The notes: generated by a model from the sequence alone, not told the origin. Shown: positions 12,931 through 27,564, numbered from the stretch's first letter. The stretch: 64,000 bases of DNA from the human T2T-CHM13v2.0 reference genome, Homo sapiens (GCF_009914755.1 NC_060929.1); one strand, 5' to 3'. Translations and numbers: made by a program.

Positions 12931-15900
12931 TCCAGGCTCGTGCGCCCTGCCTGTCCCTCCGGGTGGCTTCCCGTCTCTACCCAGGCCCCCTGCTGCAGAG
13001 CCCACCTAGGACCAGGGAGGTGGCAGGGATCCACCAGTGGGCCCCGGAGCCCCTTCCTATAGCCCTCTGTCAGGCAGGGATGTGGGACCCTCCACCTCCC
13101 GGCTGCTCCCTCTTCTCTGCCCTGGGCCAGGCAGTGGTGTCTCCCCCATCAAGTTCGCCTTTCTCCAAGTCACTGCTGGGAGCTGCTCCTGCCTCCCTGG
13201 GCGTCTGCAGAGCTGGCAGGGCTCCCACCACTCCGGGCATTCAGAGCTTCTTAGGCCTACCTCTGCCGCCTGTGCCATTTCGGATGCGGGGTCAACGTGT
13301 ACCCTTCTTTGCACCTTTTAAAGGGTCCAGCCAGGACACCCGCCCTCTCGCTCCACCTGGCGTCTTGGAGTTCTGGCTTGAAACCCAGTTGAGGCCCTCA
13401 GCCTCGTGCCTGCCGCCCCGGCCCATCCATGTTTCCACGGTGGCAGAGGTGATTCTGGAACCACAGGCAGAACAGCGTTTTCTTTTCCTGCTGAAGATCG
13501 GAGCAGGTGCCCCTCCCTCCAAGTCGTGGGCGTGGGTTTGTGTCTGGAAGGACCACACAGCCCGGTTCCTCTCATTCCTGAGCTGGCACCTCCGCCGCCC
13601 GCTCTGCACTGGGTCTCAGACACCTGCTTGTCCTGCAGCCATCAGAGGGGATTAAAATTAACAGCAGCTCGGACGTGAGGGGAGACGGGCCTCAGACGCT
13701 GCCCCCGCCCATGGTTACCCTCTCACAGCGGGAGGCTCACAATCAAATTCTCACAAAAGGTCACATTTGCAATAAGTAAAAAGGAAATGCAGGTAATTGG
13801 TTCTGGAGACTGTTAATACCTCTGCGGGCCCTGAGAGGCGATCTGATGGAGTTGAAACCTTTTTGTTCAGGTAATTAAAAATGAGATTTCATTATATCTT
13901 TTAAAATGAGGGCAAGTGAAGTGTTTTCTCAGATGCTATGATGTTATTGAAAGAGGAAAATAAATCAGCAAGGCATGGCACAGCCTTGGCTCATAAATGG
14001 ATCATGGCTCCGTCCCGGGCTGGGGGTGCCCATAGGAGAACTCACCCACAACCCCGAACCCTCCGGGCAGAGATGGAGCCTGGGGCACAGAACAGTGTGG
14101 ACCCCACAGGTTCCAGAGGGTTGGGAGCGATTAGACCCCTCGGGATGAAATGTGGATGGAGAAATTGGCAGACTGAGATTCTAAACAAGTCACAGGCAGC
14201 CTCTTTTCCAGTGCGGGAGATTATTTGTAGACACTATTACGAGGTAAATGGAAGGGAAATGAGATAGTCTGCCCCCCGGGGCCTCATCTGTCCTTCCCCA
14301 GACAAAGGGCGACCAGTGAGGGCCGAGTCTTCGGAGCTGGAGGAGAGAGACAGAGACGAGGGGCAGGTCAGCTTGCCGGGAGACAGGTGTGGCAGCAGCT
14401 GACGGGGCTCAGACGTGGTGTCACGTAATCTCCATCTTCATGACAGGTCCCCAGAAAATCACGATGAAAACTTTGCATCGGGAAATCTCACCATTTATAT
14501 AAACCAAGGCGAATGTTGCATCTAACAATAAAATACAGGAATGTATTTGAATGTTTTTTTGTTTTTTTTTTTCAGTTCCAACTAAGGAGGCATTTGTGGG
14601 TGCTTTATTCACACCCGGATGGGAGGACGTGGCAGCTTTGTGGCTGGCAGGCTGACTTCCCACGTTCTTGGAGCCCACGTTGAGGGGCTAGCATTGCTCT
14701 AATGTCTGGGTAATTTTGAAGAAAGCTGCTGCGGGTGCACCGGGAGCCCTGTTGTGCGTCGGTGACCCCTCTGTGCTGCGATGGCCGTGTCCTGCCTTTG
14801 GTCACACAGGGTCCCAATGCTGAGGCTCACTCTGCAGACGCATTACCCTCACCTGAGTCTAGAGATGCCACCATGGGCTTCCCCGGTGGATTTGCTCACA
14901 AACGCTCTGGAGCTCCATAAACCTCATGGTTTTCTTTCATATGAAAAATTCTTTTTTGTGGTTTACAGGAAGAAAAATTCTGATGTTCCAGATCTTTCAG
15001 GCACATTTTATTGGTGAACATTATTCTTCACAAGATTCATTTAATTTGTAAATGGAACAATTAATTTCTATCCAGATGTTAGGATTAAAAACATAACTGA
15101 AGGAGAGGTCTTTTTGGCTTCAGTAAAAATGCTTATCAACAAAATCCCAATTTTATGTAAAGATAAAGTGCTGTGCCAGAAAAATCATGGCTTATTTTCT
15201 TGCATATTTCTCGTCATCATTTCCATTTCCAGCATTTACTTTTTTTATTTTAACTGAAGAGAAAATTAAATGCTCTACTTAAGTTTCCTCCTGTTATTTA
15301 CAAGTTGTCTTCTTCAATCCGTGGGTGAGATTGGCTGCAAAGTTTGAAGAAGATAGCAAACTCTGCAAAGAGATGAGATTTGTGTCATTAAAAATAAAAG
15401 CCACATGCACGAGTCATCATTTTTCATCTTTCAGTGTGTTGTTAGTTTTGCTGAACCGTATACTTTGTACTAATAATGCTAATTTGTCTGTTACCTTTGA
15501 TGACTGTTGAATGGAGCTGCTGTTCCACAGACAGAGGCCTGATGACTCTCCCCGTTCTTACCCTAAGAAGAGGCGGCGGGCAACAGCCCCCACTTTCAAG
15601 GACTGCGTGCCGGCCCCTCCTCTGCTGGCCCCACATTTCCTATTTTAGGGTTTTGCATTCTTTCCTGGAGGCAGCAGGTGACGATGACAGCCTCAAGGCC
15701 TCCGGGGCACTCGGCTCTGGTTGCGAGAGCTGTTACTGGCGATCTTTAAACAGCACTGGTCTGCTCTGGAGCTGCCCGTTCTGGGGCCCTCGCTGTCCGC
15801 GGGCTGACTGCGTGTTGTCGGGGACACTTGTGGACACTGTTTCTAGGCTGTTCTCACACCACGGCTGTTCTGTGTCCCAGAGGCCAGGCCCCTGTCCGCA

Positions 15901-16514
15901 GCCTGTCTCTTCCCCCTGGGGCCTTTCCGTGGGTCCCCATTGGGTTGGTCTTTCTCTCCTCTCTTCTCCCTCCACACTGTCCTGTCGGTGGGGCCCCCTG
16001 TCCTAGTGTCCCTCTCCAGCCCTCCCCCGAAGCCAGCTGCAGCTGGCAGGGCTCCCTGGTGGAGGCCTCCCTGTCCCTGCCCGTGTGGTTCTCAGGTGGG
16101 GGTCTTGTTTCTTGGTGGGCGTCTCCAGGGCAGGACTGGGTGTTCCTTCCTCTCTGTGGACCCCAGACACAGGGCGCTGACACCTGTGTCGGGTGATACT
16201 TAAGAGCGTTTTGTGCCACGGGGGACCCAGAATCGAGCTCGGCTGTTCAGTTGATTGTAGCCATGTCTGTAATAAATGGTGATGATCCAGGACCCTCGGG
16301 ACAGTTTCTCCTCGAGCTTAAGGGGACCTTCTCAGGCTCCCCGAGGCTCTGCCTGGCTGCGATTCTGCATGGAACAACGCAGCTGCGGTGGGAGGCATCC
16401 AAGGAGCTGGTACTAGTGAGAAGTGCCCCCCCAGCACCCGAAGTGAGGTCTTTACAAGGGCCACGTCTGACTCTGCTCAGAGAGTTCGTTGGCCTGTGCT
16501 GATCAGCACACACC

Positions 16515-16855
16515 TGGGCTGGTGACCTCTGTCCCCCACTGCCTGGGCCTGGTGTCCTCCATTCCCCACTGCCAGTGCTGGTGACTTGCACCCCCCACTG
16601 CCTGGATCTCGTGACCTCCACTCCGCCGCTGCACGGGCCTGGTGACCTCGGTTCCCTACTGCCCAAACCTAGTGACCTCCACCCCCCTGCAACTTCCTGG
16701 GCCTGGTGACCTCCCTTCCCCACTGCCCGGGCCTGGTGACCTCTGCCCTCCACCGCTTAGGCCTGACAAACTCGGCCCCCTGCCACCCAGGCCCGGTGAC
16801 CTCGGCCCCCTGCCACCTGGGCCTGACGACCTCTGCCTCCAGCTGCCTGGGCCTG
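16515..16855. repeat. Degenerate ~30-bp minisatellite (GGTGACCTC..CCCACTGCC.GGGCCT), ~11 copies
   Basis: GGTGACCTC recurs roughly every 30 bp. Confidence 0.8.
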
Positions 16856-17924
16856 CAGGGGTCAGCCAGTCTTCCCCCGGGAGGGGAGAGGCTCCCTAGG
16901 GCCAGCGGGTGGTTTGCTCCCTGCTCGGGGTTCTGGCGGGGCCTGCAGGGCTCTGAGCCCTGGAGGGAAGGGGCTCCTCTTTTCAGATTCACCCACAGGA
17001 GCCTGGAGAGTGAGCCGCCCCCACACTGGCATGCAGAGGCCCAGGGTCTCGCTCCCCACTCCTGGCCTGGCTTTTCCTGGAGGCTGTCCCTGGAACCCTT
17101 CAGGAAAGAGGAGGCATGTGGGTGAGGGGAGGACTCCTGCATTATCTCAGAACCCAAATGGCTCCAGACCTCTCCAGCCCTGCCCCAGGACTCAGCGCTC
17201 ACTAATACCCACCTGCCCTTTGTCTCCCAGCCCCCACTCTCCCTCCCCACAGCCTTGGGAGGGTCCCACCTGGACTGAACTAGGGGCTGCGGCGGGACCC
17301 AGCCCCGTTCCTGCTTCAGCTCTCTGTCAACTCTCCGGAGCTGGGCAGGTCCCCTCGCTGCTGGGGGTGAACCTGTGGATATGCTGCTCTGTCACTCACA
17401 CTGCCGCAGGGCCATCCAGCCACGGCTCAGGATTCTGCGCAACAAACACCTTGAACCCACTGTAATTAGCAAAATGTACCTTTTAACCCAATCCTGAGTC
17501 CTGAAGTGCAAATATAAATTCCAATTAACAGCCACATCTACTTGGCAAGCTATGCTTGCATGTATACATTTTTAAAAAATTACTTAAGATAAATGATTAC
17601 TGGAACTCCTCATTAGTTTTAAGCAGAACTAAATGAATACAGTATTAAAAAAAATTAACCTGCCTTCTTGAAAATATTATACTAACTTCAAAATAGGAGA
17701 GGCTTCGTGTTAATGGACTGGATCCTAGTGTGTGGGAATTCAGTTCACCGGCTGCTCGTGTGAGAATCATACTGAGCACCCACAGAAAAGCCTGCTGTGG
17801 ACAGTGCCGTACAGTTCACAAAGGCGCCGCAAACTATGAGCTCTGCTAATCCAGTCACTCGAGTCTGTCCTGTAACAGGGACAGTTTCTAGATTAGGTCA
17901 ATCACTAAAAAACTTAAAATCTAA

Positions 17925-18281
<357 letters not shown>

Positions 18282-19674
18282 TGATGCGGACGCCCCGTGC
18301 ACGGTTTCCACCAAGACTCCCTGACGACCACAGCCAGCAAGCTCAGCTTCCGTGGAAATGAGCAGATGGTCGTGTGTCTGGCCTGTGGGTCAGTCTCTCC
18401 CCTAAAGCCTGGCCCAGGACGCGACTCTGAAGACGGGTTTCGTGTGGATTTTCCTCTCTGCGCGGGACTTTTCCTCTGCAGCTCCTAAGAAGTATTTTGG
18501 ACGGTGACCTAAATACTTTCTCCGACAGAAAAAGCATGATCTGATCAACTGCGATTGACAAAGCATGGACTCATAACCCTGCTTCCGAAAGCATTGATCG
18601 TGGGTACGATGTCTACATTTGTGTGAGATCAGACCCGGCCTTCTAGAACCACGCAGTCAACACTCAGAAAGGATGGCACGACCATCCTCTGAGCGTGGCT
18701 GGCGGAGATGATGAAACCAGTTTTTAAACGGTGATTTATTTTAAAGGCAAGTGTTCTCCAGCAGCAAATTAGCAGAGAGAAGCCCATTCCTCCTATTTCT
18801 AAAAGAAAGAGATTTTGAGGGAGATCTTAGCTCACCTGAGGGGTTTGGATCAGAAAAATTCTGTGGCTTATAAAGTCGTTTGTTATTTTGCTGTGATTTT
18901 ATACACAATGGAAGGGTGAGGAAAAGGTCAGCAATAACTCTGCGACTGCATTTTAGCTTGGAAAAAATGTAATATTGATCGATAGGAAAATGGAAAAAGT
19001 GCAACTATTAGCACCTTACTTGATCTTCTCCGACCTTTACCCGTCCGCGCTGGTTTTATTCTTAAATGTTATGCCTCCTGTTCAAAGGTTTGTCCTGCTT
19101 AGTCTTTTATTTAATTAATCCATGATCTTCCTCACTCTCTCTAATGTTGGGACAAGACCGGCTCCTGATTTCCCTGCTGTGCTCCCGAGTCTGGGTCACA
19201 CACAACTTGGAGCCGTGAAAGAGCTGCCGTCCGCGGGCATTAACCCTCCATCTTCCTGCACATCACTGGAGGGAACCGCCGCGCAGCCCAGACAGCCACG
19301 CAGGTGGCGACTTCTTGAGCCCTTCCCCCTGCGGTGTCCCACGTGAAGCCCCGGGGAGCTGGAGCCGCCTCCTCTGTGGGGAAGATGGCTCCTCACCACC
19401 TGGCAGGGGGCTGACACCACAGACCCAGGCCCTGGTGCCAACTCCTGCTGCTCAGGGACTGAACATGGCCCAGATGGTCCTGGGTGAGGCATGACACGAG
19501 GGGGTGCCCCACGTCTAGCAGGCACTGCTGCTCCGTGGCAGAGTCCTGGCCCTGTGTGCACCCCAGCCCTGCTGAGGCCTTCAGGAGGGGGGCAGAGATG
19601 ACAGCCCCAAGACCTGAAGGTGGACTGAGCTGAGGGCGTCGGGCTCGCCAGGCCTTGGGACGAGTGTGTCGGCA

Positions 19675-19960
19675 CCTGCTCTGGGTGGATAGTGTCCCCA
19701 GAATTTACATCCACCTGGGGCCTGTAATGTGGCCTCACTTGGCAACATGGCTGTTTCCCATGTAATCAAGGTAAGATGAGGCCCTACCGACTGGGACTGG
19801 TGGGGCCTTAAATCCAATAAGACCAGTGTCCTCACACGAGGGGAGTGTGGACACAGAGACATCCAGGAAGAAGACACTCACAAAAAGATGGGCAGAGATA
19901 GGCCAGCATGGCGACAGCAAGGCAACCCGAGGCCTGCCGGAGCTGGGAGGAGTGAGGCCA
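19675..19960 (+). mobile_element. MLT1C/D-like MaLR LTR
   Basis: ATGTAATCAAGGTAAGATGAGG..GGGCCTTAAATCCAATAAGACCAGTGTCCT..GGACACAGAGAC. Confidence 0.65.
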
Positions 19961-21877
19961 GCCGGACACACAGGCACGTGGGAAGCTGGCAGGCAAACTG
20001 GCCCCACTGTGGGGAGACATCGCCCCAAGGCATCTGAGATCCCCATTTCCAGGAAAGCCACCTGCACCTGCTTCCTCATTCGGTGCCACGTGAATTAGTG
20101 ATGTGACTTTGTGTGGACGGGGACTGGGAGGCAAGGACGCAGGGAGAGGCAAGGACACGGGGCCTGGCGACCCCTGAGTTGAGGATTCCGCAGGCCCTGG
20201 GCCGACTCCCACTGAGGACTGAGGACCTGAGGCTCACGCTTCATCCCCAGCGCCGGCTCCCTGAGGAGGCCCCTCTGCACTCTGTCCCTCCTCAGGGGAC
20301 AGGAGGGGGAGGGTGCAGATAAGGCACCGGGCCCCGGGTTATCTGGCTTGACCTTTGGAGAAGCCGAGAGGGGAGTGTTGTCACCCAGAGGAGATAGAGG
20401 GTCGCCTGGTGGGAGCAGCTTCCAGCCTTCCTGAGTGGTCAGGGGCAGGGCCCTGCGAAGACAGCCTGGACTGGGGCACTGGCCTGGCCTGTCAGCGCCA
20501 TCCCTGCGCGGCTCCCAGACACCCAGCTGTGCCGGCCTGGGGCATGCATGAGCGCTCACGTGCCTTTGCTTCTGAAAGGAACTTGCAGGCTGGGCAGCCG
20601 CTGCTCCTGGGCCTGGATGGTCTCCACGTATGCAGAGGCACAGCCGAGCCACACACCCACCATGCAAGACAGGGCCTGGAGACCCGGAGAGGGGAGCCTC
20701 TTGCCACTGGGGAGTAAGGAGAAGACCAGCTGTTTTATTTAGACATGCAGTTTAAAATAATGATGGACACAAGAAATCACGTTGCCGGGCAATCGGCAGA
20801 ATCAGATTGGCAGAATCAGCTTCTCATTGGGTTTAGTTAAATCTGGGTTATCTCATTTTCCAGGTAACACCAAGAATATGAGAAAGGCGGATGTGGCTTC
20901 TTCTTTAACCAAAAAAAAAAAAGGGGGGGAAACTTTTTTTCTTCATTCGTTTTTTCATTCATGAATTTTTTCTTCATTCATTTGTGAACAAACATCACCT
21001 GCATATAAAAAACTAAGAGAATCTCCACTTGCTCATCCCAAACGCAGACCCACGGAGCCCCAGGAACAGTATTGCTGTTTCATTTGATGGGAAGAATCAG
21101 AAAGCTGAAATTTTCCCAGATAATCATTGCTTTGTAATTCCCTGTGATTGATTTAATAGCAGAGTGGACAGTTCAATACAATTGCACCACATTAAGGATG
21201 ACTTTCTGAAGGCGCAGCAGCGCGAGTCCCCACGTATTAATGTTTACATGAAAAGCACTCAGGTTGCTACAGGGTGGGTGGGAAAGACTTCGCCTCATCT
21301 GAATTTCAGGCAGTTTGGAAGCACACTAAAATGCACTCTATTTTATTAAGCAACCCACACTTGAGGGGCATAATTCATCCTTGAATTTCACTCCACAATA
21401 CGAGTGACTTAATGTTACTGATTAGAATTACAACAGGGTTTTATATCACCATAAATGCACTTTGACAATATTTGTATAAGGCACATTTTATTGCTCATAT
21501 CTACACGTGTTGCCAAAGTGAAATAATTTTTCGGGGTAGAAAATGCAAGCCACCACGCCCGGCCCGTGATTTATAACCTTTTAATGAGAAGTTTTCTAGC
21601 TTCTAAATTCCATTCTAGTTTAAACACTTACCAAAATAACAGAAAACATGATGCCCTGATAGGCAACAAGGGGGAAAAGGTGTTTCTCACCAATACAAAC
21701 CTGTGCATCACCTTCAGAAATCTCCACTCAGGAAAAGGCGGCAATTCCAGTGAATCAAGAAACGTGTTTGCTATTTGCACGTCAAAGAGCAGCTGAGTCA
21801 GCCCCTGTAATAATACGAAAATCACTGTGCAAATACTTCACGGCCATAGGAAGAGCAAGATATTTTAAAACTAAAAA

Positions 21878-23778
21878 CCCTCCTGTCTGTTGCGGTGTGT
21901 GCTGGGGGTGGGTGGGTCGTGAACTCAGGACCCTCCTGTCTGTTGCGGTGTGTGCTGGGGGTGGGTGGGTCGTGAACTGAACTCAGGACCCTCCCGTCTG
22001 TTGCGGTGTGTGCTGGGGGTGAGTGGGTCGTGAACTCAGGACCCTCCCGTCTGTTGCGGTGTGTGTTGGGGGTGGGTGGGTCGTGAACTCAGGACCCTCC
22101 CGTCTGTTGCGGTGTGTGCTGGGGGTGAGTGGGTCGTGAACTCAGGACCCTCCTGTCTGTTGCGGTGTGTGTTGGGGGTGGGTGGGTCGTGAACTCAGGA
22201 CCCTCCTGTCTGTTGCGGTGTGTGCTGGGGGTGGGTGGGTCGTGAACTCAGGACCCTCCTGTCTGTTGCGGTGTGTGCTGGGGGTGGGTGGGTCGTGAAC
22301 TCAGGACCCTCCTGTCTGTTGCGGTGTGTGCTGGGGGTGGGTGGGTCGTGAACTCAGGACCCTCCTGTCTGTTGCGGTGTGTGCTGGGGGTGGGTGGGTC
22401 GTGAACTCAGGACCCTCCTGTCTGTTGCGGTGTGTGCTGGGGGTGGGTGGGTCGTGAACTCAGGACCCTCCTGTCTGTTGCGGTGTGTGCTGGGGGTGGG
22501 TGGGTCGTGAACTCAGGACCCTCCTGTCTGTTGCGGTGTGTGCTGGGGGTGGGTGGGTCGTGAACTCAGGACCCTCCTGTCTGTTGCGGTGTGTGCTGGG
22601 GGTGGGTGGGTCGTGAACTCAGGACCCTCCTGTCTGTTGCGGTGTGTGCTGGGGGTGGGTGGGTCGTGAACTCAGGACCCTCCTGTCTGTTGCGGTGTGT
22701 GCTGGGGGTGGGTGGGTCGTGAACTCAGGACCCTCCTGTCTGTTGCGGTGTGTGCTGGGGGTGAGTGGGTCGTGAACTCAGGACCCTCCTGTCTGTTGCG
22801 GTGTGTGCTGGGGGTGAGTGGGTCGTGAACTCAGGACCCTCCTGTCTGTTGCGGTGTGTGCTGGGGGTGAGTGGGTCGTGAACTCAGGACCCTCCTGTCT
22901 GTTGCGGTGTGTGCTGGGGGTGAGTGGGTCGTGAACTCAGGACCCTCCTGTCTGTTGCGGTGTGTGCTGGGGGTGAGTGGGTCGTGAACTCAGGACCCTC
23001 CTGTCTGTTGCGGTGTGTGCTGGGGGTGAGTGGGTCGTGAACTCAGGACCCTCCTGTCTGTTGCGGTGTGTGCTGGGGGTGGGTGGGTCGTGAACTCAGG
23101 ACCCTCCTGTCTGTTGCGGTGTGTGCTGGGGGTGGGTGGGTCGTGAACTCAGGACCCTCCTGTCTGTTGCGGTGTGTGCTGGGGGTGAGTGGGTCGTGAA
23201 CTCAGGATCCTCCTGTCTGTTGCGGTGTGTGCTGGGGGTGGGTGGGTCGTGAACTCAGGACCCTCCTGTCTGTTGCGGTGTGTGCTGGGGGTGGGTGGGT
23301 CGTGAACTCAGGACCCTCCTGTCTGTTGCGGTGTGTGCTGGGGGTGGGTGGGTCGTGAACTCAGGACCCTCCTGTCTGTTGCGGTGTGTGCTGGGGGTGA
23401 GTGGGTCGTGAACTCAGGATCCTCCTGTCTGTTGCGGTGTGTGCTGGGGGTGAGTGGGTCGTGAACTCAGGACCCTCCTGTCTGTTGCGGTGTGTGCTGG
23501 GGGTGGGTGGGTCGTGAACTCAGGACCCTCCTGTCTGTTGCGGTGTGTGCTGGGGGTGGGTGGGTCGTGAACTCAGGACCCTCCTGTCTGTTGCGGTGTG
23601 TGCTGGGGGTGAGTGGGTCGTGAACTCAGGATCCTCCTGTCTGTTGCGGTGTGTGCTGGGGGTGGGTGGGTCGTGAACTCAGGACCCTCCTGTCTGTTGC
23701 GGTGTGTGCTGGGGGTGGGTGGGTCGTGAACTCAGGACCCTCGTGTCTGTTGTGATATGTGCTGGGGGTGAGTGGGTC
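21878..23778. repeat. 53-bp VNTR, ~36 near-identical copies (CCCTCCTGTCTGTTGCGGTGTGTGCTGGGGGTG[G/A]GTGGGTCGTGAACTCAGGA)
   Basis: Unit read directly; period 53 (e.g. 22201 to 22254). Confidence 0.98.
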
Positions 23779-24137
23779 ATAAACAAGTGGGAAAAACAGG
23801 AACAAGAACCCCAGAAAACCAAGTGCAACCTCTGTGGCTGCAGACAGAGGGGAGGCCAGAAATGCAGTAAAGCATGGATTTCAACTGGAAATGCTTTATG
23901 ATTATTATTTTCTCTGCAGGCTTCACCTGATAACTCTATACCATGTGCTCCTAAAATGGTGATTTGTTTTTTCCCCTTTTCCCTTGAGAATCTTTGCTTT
24001 TAAAGTTATGCCTCAATTAGAAAAGCAGGACTTCGGCACGTTGGTGGGAAATGCCTCGTCTCCTGGGAGCTCTCTGGTTCCTCAGTGCCACCCTCCAGAG
24101 ATCCTGCCGGTCACCATCTCGCGTTCTCCCCGTATAA

Positions 24138-24485
<348 letters not shown>

Positions 24486-24944
24486 CAGCCAAAATATACT
24501 GATATTTTGAAGATCACATATGAAGGTGAAATAAAAGCAGGAAACACAGTTGATGAATTCTGTTTGGCAGCTATAAGTGCTGACACACAAATGTTTAGCG
24601 CCTGCTCCCGAATCCCACACGAATCATAGATCAGAAAGAACCCTGGATGGTTCTGGAAACAATGACCTACATGCCTTCATCCCTTCAAGCTACCCATGGA
24701 GACCCTTCAATCTCCAGGTGTGTGCCCAGTTCTAACCATGTTCTGGAAACATGGAAAATGAACGACAGGGAATTCCCTGGCTCTGCATACTCCCATGTCC
24801 CAGGTGCTGTTTGCTGGAAGCCAGTGTTTCTTGAAAAGACTAAGACACGGGAACAGATTTCTCCACAAAACAGTAGCATCGCTCTAGTGCATTAATAATC
24901 ATCCCATGGTAACTTAACCCACACTTTCACTTTCTATAAGTAGG

Positions 24945-26905
24945 TGTGTCTGTATGTGTATACACCTGCGTCTATATGTCTATATCTACACCTGTACCTA
25001 CGTCTACACGGACGCCTACACCTGTACCTACACCTATACCTACAGCTATGTCTGTATGTCTATATCTGCACCTGTACCTACTTCTCCACCGACACCTATA
25101 CATACACTTGTACCTACACCTGTATGTATATCTACACCTACACCTACATCTATATCTATATGTCTATATATATACCTACCTCTACACCTACACATATACC
25201 TACACCTGCATCTATATCTATGCCTGTATCTGTACCTACATGTATACCTATACCTACATCTATACCTACGCACATAGCTCCACCTGTATCTACACCTATA
25301 TCTACACCTTCACCTACATCTACATCTATACCTATAGCTATGCCTGTCTATATCTATACCTACACCTATACAGACACCTACATCTACATCTACACCTACA
25401 CCTATGTCACCTATGCCGACACCTCACCTACACCTGCACCTACACCTGCACCTATACTAACACCTGCATCCATACCTACAGCTATACCTGTATTAATATA
25501 TCCACACCTACCCCTACACCTCTCTCTCTTTTTCTATCTCTGTCTCTGTCTCTACCTCTTTCATCTCTATTTATCTCTATCTCTATTTCTGTCTCTCTCT
25601 CTATCATCCTTATCTCTATCGCTGTCTTATATCTGTCTCTATCGCTATCTCTATATCTATCTCCATCTCTAGATCTGTCTCCATCCCTATCTCTATCTCT
25701 ATCTCTGTCTCTATCTCTATCTTTAACCTCTCTCTATCTCTATATCTGTTTCCATCTCTATCTCTATCTCGGTCTCTCTCTCTATCATCCTTATCTCTAT
25801 ATCTGTCTCTATCTCTATCTCTAACCTCTCTCTATCTCTATATCTGTCTCCATCTCTATCTGTCTCCATCCCTATCTCTATCTGTCTCTATCCCTATATC
25901 TCTCTCTATCTCTATATGTGTCTCCATCTCTGTCTCTATCTCTATCATCTTTATCTCTATTTCTGTCTTTATATCTGTCTCTGTCTCTATCTCTATATCT
26001 CTCTCTATCTCTATATGTGTCTCCATCTCTGTCTCTATCATCTTTGTCTCTATTTCTGTCTTTATATCTGTCTCTGTCTCTATCTCTATATGTGTCTCCG
26101 TCTCCATCTCTGTCTCTATCTCTATCATCTTTCTCTATTTCTGTCTTTATATCTGTCTCTGTCTCTATCTCTACATGTGTCTCCATGTCTATCTCTATCT
26201 CTGTCTCTATCATCTTTATCTCTATTTCTGTCTTTATCTCTGTCTCAATCTCTATCTCTAACCTCTCTCTATCTCTATATGTGTCTCCATCTCTGTCTCT
26301 ATCTCTATCATCTTTATCTCTATTTCTGTCTTTATATCTGTCTCTGTCTCTATCTCTATATCTCTCTCTATCTCTATATGTGTCTCCATCTCTGTCTCTA
26401 TCTCTATCATCTTTATCTCTGTTTCTGTCTCTATCTCTCTATCTCTCTCTGTCTCTATATGTGTCTCCATCTCTGTCTCTATCTCTATCATCTTTATCTC
26501 TATTTCTATCTTTATATCTGTCTCTGTCTCTATCTCTATATCTCTCTCTATCTCTATATGTGTCTCCATCTCTATCTCTGTCTCTATCATCTTTGTCTCT
26601 ATTTCTGTCTTTATATCTGTCTCTGTCTCTATCTCTATATGTGTCTCCGTCTCCATCTCTGTCTCTATCTCTATCATCTTTCTCTATTTCTGTCTTTATA
26701 TCTGTCTCTGTCTCTATATGTGTCTCCATGTCTATCTCTATCTCTGTCTCTATCATCTTTATCTCTATTTCTGTCTTTATCTCTGTCTCAATCTCTATCT
26801 CTAACCTCTCTCTATCTCTATATCTGTCTCCATCTCTGTCTCTATCTCTATTATCTTCATCTCTGTTTCTATCTCAGGCTCTATCTCTAGCTCTATGTAT
26901 CTCTA
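24945..26905. repeat. Compound simple repeat: (TACACC)n-like 24945-25520, then (TCTA/TCTC/TCTG)n 25520-26905
   Basis: Directly visible low-complexity hexamer-based arrays. Confidence 0.95.
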
Positions 26906-27564
26906 TTGCCTTTTTTCCAACCTAGCTTCTTGCACTCATTCCCACTCTAGGACACAGCCTTAAGGCGACTTATTAAACTGAAGGAACCACTTCAATCAAA
27001 GCTCCAAGTGGCTTTAAGAGTGAAGACCTTGACCTGGGTCTGTGAGGATGGGACCTCGGTGCCTCTGGGGCTCTCGTTTTGTCGTGTCTGGGGGTGTCTA
27101 GTTCTCGGGCTGTTTTCTGCTGCAGAGTATGGAAGGCTGAGTGATAGATGCAGGTGTGATGTTTTAGGTTAGAGATCAAAGTCTTACACATCAGGAATCG
27201 CTGTCCCTTGAGACGCCATTTGTGGAAACACATAAAGTCTTCAGGCCTACATGGAGTCAACCCCCTCCAGTGTTCCCAGAGTTTTCCTGCTCTCTTGGCC
27301 AGTGCTTTGTGTCCTCACATTGGGTCCCTGGGGTGTGAGGTTTCACAACGAGGGGGCTGGGGACCAGGGGCTGCTCATGGACTCCCCCAGAAATTACAGG
27401 CCCTCCCAGGGGTGGGGAGGGCGGTGGGTGGCTCGCCTTTCAGGGACTTGCGTAGTTCTCAGAGGGGCAGGCTTTGTGCCAGCAGGCTACCTTCATGTTG
27501 GGGGCCTGGAGGTGTCACAGTGCAAGCCGCCCACCTGAGGTATCCACCACACCTTCCTGCCACA

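Noticed and set aside
21878-23778. CRISPR-like appearance of the regular repeats (also 30721-30943, 38709-39320 and 47544-47711)
   Set aside because: The units are head-to-tail with no unique spacers, there are no cas genes, and the context is eukaryotic.
24944-26925. Long LYL/SLS/IET-rich ORFs
   Set aside because: Simple-repeat artefacts that are open in several frames on both strands.
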